Source of the DNA: Callorhinchus milii
Taxonomy: Eukaryota
Length of the DNA stretch: 64,000 bases
Assembly (NCBI RefSeq): GCF_018977255.1
Contig: NW_024704743.1
Coordinates: 93,374,001 to 93,438,000, forward strand
Direction of reading: 5' to 3'
The first letter of the stretch is position 1; every line of letters begins with the position of its first letter. Below the pieces are notes generated by a model. It saw nothing but the letters and a program-made list of their open reading frames with translations. It did no database searches and was not told where the DNA came from. Positions 63,120-64,000 of this stretch are shown here, piece after piece. The position numbers and the translations under genes are program-made.

Positions 63120-63692
63120 GTCAGCCAGGTGTCTGATACATGCTGAAACCCATCACCATGTTTAAGAGTATCCAAAACCAAGCTGAGATTTCCCTACAAC
63201 CCATTTACATATGGAAATCCCAGAGATAAATTGTTGGAATGGAATGCACACTCTCTCCCTGGAGGGATGCATCCTGCTTACCTAATTCAGGAAAGTATTA
63301 GGCTCGGGTTGGCAAGAGCCAAAGCTTGGAGACCCCAGAGTCTGCATTAGGGTACAGCTGGAGTCTAACCAGTTAAAACCAGATAGCTTGCCATTGATAT
63401 TGCTGCCTGGCAAGCTTTCTCACTGCTTGTCCAGCTAGCACCACCCAAAGTTAGGGCTTTGGCTTGCAGGGTTAACAGGAGCTGAGTGGGATGACTCCCT
63501 ACCCCCAGTGACTGGTCTGCAATTGCAGGTCCTGCTGATAAGCCAGGCTGGCTGTGTGGTTATCAGCAGTGCCCTGGAATACTGCGGATCCACCTGGCTC
63601 AGGAACCGGACTATCAAGACCACTACAGAGGACTGCCTCAATTCCAAGATTCCATTGCCAGGCATGTCACCTTGGTGCCAGCTCAGCTCCAA
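63120..63692 (+). repeat. Unclassified interspersed repeat, longest copy
   Basis: Shared motifs CTGA(C/T)ACATGC.GAAACCCATCACCATG, GGAATGGAATGCACACTCT, GCTTGCAGGGTTAACAG.AGCTGAGTG, CTGGCTCAGGAACC. Confidence 0.8.
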
Positions 63693-64000
63693 GGAGACCA
63701 TGTTGATCATCAGTAGAAGTGTGACAATGATACCAATGACTGATTGGTACTTATCTAACTGAGAGTGCACTTGTGTGTTGTAGATAGAGACTATTTTGCA
63801 AAGGACACAACTATCCTAGCTTGGTCGTGTTTCAAAAGCAATGCACTTCATACATGAGGAGTCCATCATTATCAGGTCTCAGTTCACTTTGCTGACATTG
63901 GCCCAAGCTATACTGTATCACTGCACAATGAATGGACATACTAGATATGGTAATAATAAGTTATTTAATGTACCAATGTTGTGGATTGATAATCGTTACA

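Noticed and set aside
1..64000. Prokaryotic systems (CRISPR, defence operons, retrons, group II introns)
   Set aside because: No operon-like gene density or spaced direct-repeat array; the RT is a eukaryotic APE-type non-LTR enzyme.

Overview
Eukaryotic vertebrate DNA, not prokaryotic. It is an AT-rich, apparently gene-less (intronic or intergenic) window dominated by non-LTR retroelements. The repeat mix (abundant L2-clade LINEs, CR1 remnants, DeuSINE-like and tRNA-derived SINEs, a Penelope-type terminal repeat) suggests a cartilaginous fish, possibly a chimaera; this is inference, not a database match. Main elements: (1) one TSD-flanked, apparently full-length single-ORF L2 LINE (54799-58511, 1093-aa APE endonuclease + RT ORF) with a structured, promoter-like 5' leader, plus about 15 truncated or decayed L2 copies of at least two families; (2) three generations of SINEs that share an L2-type 3' hairpin: old DeuSINE-like copies, an apparent tRNA-Ala/CORE/Deu-3' chimera, and a young deleted derivative whose tail matches the active L2 with a compensatory base-pair change; (3) several inverted or foldback structures, including an inverted pair of Penelope-like termini with a degenerate minimal hammerhead core; (4) an unclassified ~570-bp repeat in five copies. 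I could not support any host protein-coding exon. Family names are assigned from recalled consensus motifs and need Dfam/Repbase confirmation. Boundaries of decayed copies are approximate.
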